NCBI GenBank assembly: GCA_963666275.2
Contig: CAXXOA010000002.1
Span: 1,056,001 to 1,120,000, forward strand
Source: Oceanispirochaeta sp.
GTDB taxonomy: Bacteria > Spirochaetota > Spirochaetia > DSM-2461
Reading direction: 5' to 3'
Length of the DNA stretch: 64,000 bases
Under the pieces are notes generated by a model. It was not told the DNA's origin. It searched no databases and worked only from the letters and a program-made list of their open reading frames with translations. Of this stretch, positions 59,266 to 64,000 are shown piece by piece (the stretch's first letter is position 1; each line of letters begins with the position of its first letter). A program made the translations under genes and the position numbers.

Positions 59266-60600
59266 ATGATAAATGATCTGAGATCCTATATGAACGTACT
59301 CAGGGAGCAGGGAGAGCTGAATCTTCTGGAATCACCTGTTGATTTGAATAGAGAGCTGGGAAGCATACTGGCTTCTGTAGAGAAGAAAGGCATGCCGGCT
59401 GTCCACTTTACCAACCTGAAAGAACGGGAAGGAGAAGTGGTGGGAGGGCTCCTTTCCAGCCATAGGAAAATCGCCCTGGCTCTGGGATGCAAAACAAAAG
59501 AAATTTCCAACGTGCTTATGAAAGCGTATGAGAATCCCATCAAACCGGTGAAAGTGAAAACGGCGGATTTTCATAAGAATATCAAAACAGGGAAAGAGGC
59601 TTCCCTTATGGAACTGCCCATTCCCATCCATGCTCCCGAGGACGGCGGCCCCTTTATCACCGCCGGCGCCTGTATTTCAAGGGATCCCGAAACGGGCAGA
59701 CAGAATGTTTCCTTTCAGAGAATGCATATAAAGAGCGATAACCGTTCGGGGATCATGATCAACGAGTGGCGCCACCTCCGGGAGATGATGAAAAAAGCAT
59801 GGGCCAAGGGGGAAGGACTTCCCATTGCCATTGCGGTGGGAGTTGATCCGGCGGTTCTGATCGGGGCGGGGTTCCGTTATGACGGGGATGAGATGGAAAT
59901 TGCTTCGGCGATCCGTCAGACTCCCATCGAGGTCGTAAAGTGCCAGACCAGCGATATCCTGGTTCCGGCCCATGCGGAATATGTTATTGAAGGACAGATC
60001 CTTCCGGACCTTCTGGAAAAGGAAGGCCCCCTGGCTGAGTTTACCGGTCACTATGGAAAGCTCTGGGACAGCCCTGTGTTCGAACTGGAAGCCATCTGCC
60101 ACAGGGATAAGCCGATCTGGCAGACCATGAACGGCGGGTCCTTCGAACACATCAATCTGGGGAATGTCCTGCCCCGGGAACCTCTGCTGGAAAATTACAC
60201 CCGCTATGTCTCCAAAAATGTGGTGGATGTGCATATTCCTCCCTACGGGGGCGGATTCCTGGCACTGATTCAGATGAAGAAGACCAATCCGGGAGAACCG
60301 AAAAATGTCGCCATGGCGGCCATGACAAGCCATGTGAACATAAAAAATGTTATTGTTGTAGATGAAGATACGGATATCTACAACGCCTCCGAGGTCTGGT
60401 GGGCTGTAACAAACCGGGTGAATCCCCGGGAGGATGTTTTTGTGGTTCCCAATTCCCAGGGGCATGAACTGGATCCCTGCAGTGATCCCGTGGGAGTCCA
60501 GAACAAGACAGGTATAGATGCCACTTCCAAAGCGCATATGAGTGATCTGAAGAAAGTGGTTTATCCTGATTATGATCTGACTCAGCTCGCTTTTTCGTAA
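59266..60600 (+). CDS. UbiD family prFMN-dependent (hetero)aromatic decarboxylase
   Basis: DGGPFIT, NVSFQR, WRHL, AEYVIEG, EGPLAEFTGHY, VVDEDTDI, LDP, GIDAT. Confidence 0.92.
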   Translation: MINDLRSYMNVLREQGELNLLESPVDLNRELGSILASVEKKGMPAVHFTNLKEREGEVVGGLLSSHRKIALALGCKTKEISNVLMKAYENPIKPVKVKTADFHKNIKTGKEASLMELPIPIHAPEDGGPFITAGACISRDPETGRQNVSFQRMHIKSDNRSGIMINEWRHLREMMKKAWAKGEGLPIAIAVGVDPAVLIGAGFRYDGDEMEIASAIRQTPIEVVKCQTSDILVPAHAEYVIEGQILPDLLEKEGPLAEFTGHYGKLWDSPVFELEAICHRDKPIWQTMNGGSFEHINLGNVLPREPLLENYTRYVSKNVVDVHIPPYGGGFLALIQMKKTNPGEPKNVAMAAMTSHVNIKNVIVVDEDTDIYNASEVWWAVTNRVNPREDVFVVPNSQGHELDPCSDPVGVQNKTGIDATSKAHMSDLKKVVYPDYDLTQLAFS

Positions 60601-60643
60601 TGCCGGGGATGTGATTTTTTATTGATAGGAGTGAAGAGATAAA

Positions 60644-62128
60644 ATGATGGAGATATATGATTCAGTAAAAGCCTTTCTGAGTGAACCGAAAGGGAATCTG
60701 ATCGACGGCGCTTTTGTTCCTGCTGTTTCCGGAGAGCGGGCCAATGCCAGAAACGCTTCGGACGGGACAACCCTCGGACAGACTGCCGCCTCGGGAAGTG
60801 CGGATGTGGATGCGGCTGTAAAAGCCGCGGCCGGAGCGTTTCCCTCCTGGTCGGCTTCGGCTCCAGGATACCGGGAAGGGGTTCTGCGGAAGTTCGGGGA
60901 GCTGATTCAGGCTCACAAAGAGGAACTGGCTCAGCTGGAGTCCCTGGAAACCGGGAAACCTGTGGATCATACCATGAAAATTGATGCTCCTGTCTCCTCA
61001 TTCAACATGCTCAATGCCTCGGGGATTCCCAGTCGGATCACCGGGGAAACCATACCGGTTTCCGCGCCGGGAATGTTTGTCTATTCTCTCCGGCAGCCTC
61101 TGGGTACCATCGGGATCATTCTGCCCTGGAACTATCCGCTGATCCACTTTTCCCAGAAAGCCGGACCGGCTCTGGCGGCGGGAAACTGTGTGATCATCAA
61201 GCCCGCCTCGGTGGCGTCCCTTTGTATTCTCAGACTGGGAGAACTGGCCTGTGAAGCGGGGCTTCCCCCGGGAGTTCTCAATATCCTGACCGGAAGCGGC
61301 AGTGTTATCGGCAGTGCCATTTCCTCCCATCCGGGAATCCGGAAGGTTCAGATCACCGGTTCCACTGCTGTGGGAAAAGGGGTGATCAAAGCGGGGGCGG
61401 AAAATCTGAAGCGGGTGACCCTGGAACTGGGTAGCAAAGCGCCGAATATTATTTTCGATGATGCAAACCTGGAGAAAGCCATTGAGGGCGCCTTTGACGC
61501 GGCCTTCGGCAACACAGGACAGAGCTGTGTGGCGGGAAGCCGCCTTTATGTACAGGACAGGATCTACGATGCAGTTCTGGCGGGACTTCTGAAAAAAATC
61601 GAGACAGTGAAAACAGGACCCGCCATGGATGAAGAGACCCGGTTGGGGCCGATCGTGGATGAAAATCAGTTCAATACCATTATGAAATACATCGAAACCG
61701 GTAAATCCGAGGGAACTCTGCAAACCGGTGGTTTCCGTATGACAGGGGGGAATCTTCCGGAGGGAGGATTCTACATCGCCCCTACTGTTTTTACTGATGT
61801 GGCTGATGATGCGGTGATCTCCCGGGAGGAGATATTCGGTCCGGTAGTCTGTGTCTATCCCTTTAAAACAGAAGAGGAAGTGATTGCTCGTGCCAATGAT
61901 ACCCGGTATGGCCTGGCCGCCGCAGTCTGGACCGGGAATCTGGGCCGCGCAAGCAGAGTCTCGGCAGCTCTGGAGTCGGGAGTGGTCTGGGTGAATACCT
62001 ACGACAGATTCTCCTCCAATGTGCCTTTTGGCGGTTTCAAAGAGAGCGGTTACGGCAGAGACAATGGAACAGCGGCGATTGAGGCTGTGACAGAACTGAA
62101 GTCCGTCTGGATCAATACAGCAGAATAG
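60644..62128 (+). CDS. NAD(P)+-dependent aldehyde dehydrogenase
   Basis: PWNYP, ITGSTAVG, LELGSK (Glu), GQSCVAG (Cys), EEIFGP, PFGGFKESG. Confidence 0.95.
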   Translation: MMEIYDSVKAFLSEPKGNLIDGAFVPAVSGERANARNASDGTTLGQTAASGSADVDAAVKAAAGAFPSWSASAPGYREGVLRKFGELIQAHKEELAQLESLETGKPVDHTMKIDAPVSSFNMLNASGIPSRITGETIPVSAPGMFVYSLRQPLGTIGIILPWNYPLIHFSQKAGPALAAGNCVIIKPASVASLCILRLGELACEAGLPPGVLNILTGSGSVIGSAISSHPGIRKVQITGSTAVGKGVIKAGAENLKRVTLELGSKAPNIIFDDANLEKAIEGAFDAAFGNTGQSCVAGSRLYVQDRIYDAVLAGLLKKIETVKTGPAMDEETRLGPIVDENQFNTIMKYIETGKSEGTLQTGGFRMTGGNLPEGGFYIAPTVFTDVADDAVISREEIFGPVVCVYPFKTEEEVIARANDTRYGLAAAVWTGNLGRASRVSAALESGVVWVNTYDRFSSNVPFGGFKESGYGRDNGTAAIEAVTELKSVWINTAE

Positions 62129-62137
62129 GGAGTACTT

Positions 62138-63268
62138 ATGGATATTACAAGCTTTTATCTACCAGTAAAAATACTGGAAGGTCCCGGGTCTTCCCGGCAG
62201 ATCGCCGATCATCTGGGCAGGGGGAAAACCCTTCTTGTCACAGATAAGGGCCTTGTTTCGGCAGGTCTTGCGGGCACCATGGCCTCGACTATGCAGTCCT
62301 CGGGGCTGGAAACTGAGATCTATGACGATGTGCTTCCCGATCCGGACGAAGCCATGGTCATGAAACTGGTGGAAGTTCTGAGAAAAGAGTCGTTCCGGCA
62401 GGTTGTGGCTCTGGGCGGAGGCAGTGTCATCGACACGGCCAAAGCCGCCTGCTGTCTGGCTGTGAATGAAGGCCCTATGGAGGCGTATCAGTGGGATAAC
62501 AGGATCTTTGAAAATCCCCCCCTGCCTCTGGCTGCTGTTCCCACCACATCCGGGACGGGCAGTGAAGTTTCCGGTGTGGCTGTTATCGGCAGCCGGAATA
62601 CCAAAAAGGGGATCAAGCAGGACGCCATCTTTCCGAAACTGGCAGTGATAGATCCCGAGCTGATGACAGGGCTTCCTCCTTTTCTGACTGCCATAACAGG
62701 AATGGATGCGCTGACTCACGGGATAGAAGCCTATACGGGCAAGAACCGGAATCCCCTGATCCTGAGCCTGGCGGAATCTGCCATTAAACTGACTGTCAGC
62801 GCCCTGTCCGAAGCGGTTCATAACGGATCGGATATCCAGGCCCGCTGGGATATGGCCAAAGCTGCCATGATGGCGGGAATCGCCATGGATCTGGGAGGAC
62901 TCGGTATTGTTCACTCTATTTCCGCTCCCTTCTGTACGGCCCTGCATGTCTCCCATGGCCTGGGAAACACATTCCTTCTGCCCTATGCTCTGGAATTCAA
63001 TATTGCCGGAAACGAAGAACTTTATGATGATCTGGCCCGACTTCTGGGAGGAAGCTCTCACAGGGACTGTATCCCTGCCATTCTGAACTGGCAGAAAGAG
63101 CTGGGACTGGAAGAGGCTCTGGGAAAAGTCCGGGATCAGCTGGCCTCTGAGGGAGACCTTGAGATGATCGGAAAAATCGGTTCGGGAATGTTTCTTATGA
63201 AGAATAATGTAAAACCCGCTTCTCCCGGGGAGTGTACGGCTCTTCTGAAAAAAGCCGCAGGCCTTTAA
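62138..63268 (+). CDS. Iron-containing alcohol dehydrogenase
   Basis: GGGSVIDTAK, PTTSGTGSE, DALTHGIE, VHS, HVSHG. Confidence 0.93.
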   Translation: MDITSFYLPVKILEGPGSSRQIADHLGRGKTLLVTDKGLVSAGLAGTMASTMQSSGLETEIYDDVLPDPDEAMVMKLVEVLRKESFRQVVALGGGSVIDTAKAACCLAVNEGPMEAYQWDNRIFENPPLPLAAVPTTSGTGSEVSGVAVIGSRNTKKGIKQDAIFPKLAVIDPELMTGLPPFLTAITGMDALTHGIEAYTGKNRNPLILSLAESAIKLTVSALSEAVHNGSDIQARWDMAKAAMMAGIAMDLGGLGIVHSISAPFCTALHVSHGLGNTFLLPYALEFNIAGNEELYDDLARLLGGSSHRDCIPAILNWQKELGLEEALGKVRDQLASEGDLEMIGKIGSGMFLMKNNVKPASPGECTALLKKAAGL

Positions 63269-63864
63269 GGCTCCTCAATCAGCTCTTCCCCTGCCCAGGA
63301 CTTCAGCCTGTCAGAGCTGATCCCCAGGGATTTCAGTATCCTTGCGGAGATCTGCTGGAGCAGATCGTCGATGGTTTCCGGGTTGTGATAAAACGAAGGG
63401 ATCGGCGGGAGTATAACAGCTCCCGCATCGGTCAGATTCAGCATGTTTGTCAGATGTATTCTATTGAAAGGGGCTTCCCGGGGAACAAGGACCAGAGACC
63501 TTTTCTCTTTGAGTGAAACGTCCGCAGCTCTCTCTATGAGATTCCGGGATATTCCGGCGGAAATCCCACCCAGAGTTCCCATGGAGCAGGGGGCAATGAT
63601 CATGCCGTCATAGAAGGAGGATCCGCTGGCAAGAACGGAGGCCATATTATTCCACTGTTCCCGGAGGATCTTCCCCCTCTGGCCTTTGAGCCAGTTTTCC
63701 CAGGATATTCCGGTTTCGTGTATAGCCACCTGATCAGCCCAGTTGGATATGATCAGACTGATTTCCGCCTCCCGGTCCTGCAGGTCTGTTATAAGCTGCC
63801 GGGCAATAGCCGTTCCCGAAGCGCCGGTTATGCCCAGAATAATTTTTTTCGGTTTCTGTATCAT
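63265..63864 (-). CDS. ubiX: Flavin prenyltransferase
   Basis: GITGASG, APCSMGTL, RAADVSLKE, VPREAP, PSFYHNP. Confidence 0.93.
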   Translation of the reverse strand: MIQKPKKIILGITGASGTAIARQLITDLQDREAEISLIISNWADQVAIHETGISWENWLKGQRGKILREQWNNMASVLASGSSFYDGMIIAPCSMGTLGGISAGISRNLIERAADVSLKEKRSLVLVPREAPFNRIHLTNMLNLTDAGAVILPPIPSFYHNPETIDDLLQQISARILKSLGISSDRLKSWAGEELIEEP

Positions 63865-64000
63865 AGCTTGAATTGTAATGATAATCCGGGGAAACTGAAA
63901 GAGGGATGCCCTGTTTGTAACAGGTCCCTGTTTGTGGTAGTTTAGTTCTCAGGAGAGTATATGGCGTCCAGAATACAGGTCGGAGCATCACGTACAGAGC

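Noticed and set aside
59266..63864. Ubiquinone biosynthesis call for UbiD/UbiX
   Set aside because: No ubiA/ubiE or other quinone genes nearby; context is catabolic.
52338..63864. Straight HMF/furfural (hmf) cluster
   Set aside because: No furoyl-CoA synthetase, HmfE or FAD subunit; the deaminase and BMP importer point to N-heterocycles. Kept only as an analogy.
63942..64000. Possible 3' end of a minus-strand gene (...SVRDAPTCILDAIYSPEN*) with a hairpin near 63901-63930
   Set aside because: Too short to identify or to confirm as coding.
1..64000. CRISPR arrays, tRNA/rRNA, IS elements, prophage or defence genes
   Set aside because: No repeat-spacer arrays, RNA-gene signatures or transposase/integrase motifs seen; intergenic gaps are short. 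A covariance-model scan was not run.

Overview
Gene-dense bacterial window with about 51 CDSs and no rRNA, tRNA, CRISPR array or transposase that I can see. Signal peptides of the ...FAGGQSE / ...SNGQSD type and LFSC/LGSC lipoboxes suggest a free-living Spirochaetaceae genome (inference). It is almost entirely catabolic/transport accessory DNA. (1) 722-10884: YesN/YesM two-component system with a sensory binding protein, an intercalated 7TM-DISM diguanylate cyclase and a sugar ABC importer. (2) 11052-13843: FMN-bind/flavocytochrome-c-type lipoprotein reductase with a non-fumarate active site, plus LacI. (3) 14016-37314: sugar-acid region with uxaC-uxaA-uxaB under twin UxuR/ExuR-like operators, a membrane-anchored AraC, a TRAP importer with an esterase and two URO-D/MtaA-fold proteins, a LarA-family epimerase, an apparently split membrane sensor kinase, and an atypical E2-E3-fused E1 2-oxoacid dehydrogenase. 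(4) 37422-44436: NarL-type two-component system with a binding protein and an Rbs-type ABC importer. (5) 44497-63864: the best candidate for an undescribed system. It joins a CodA-like deaminase, a twin-BMP nucleobase/nucleoside ABC importer, HutC-GntR, two molybdenum hydroxylases without an FAD subunit, two flavodoxin-fold proteins, UbiD/UbiX, an aldehyde dehydrogenase and an Fe-alcohol dehydrogenase. This set fits oxygen-independent stripping of an amino/hydroxymethyl N-heterocycle (deaminate, CH2OH->CHO->COOH, prFMN decarboxylation, ring hydroxylation). All product calls rest on motif recognition only; no database searches were run.
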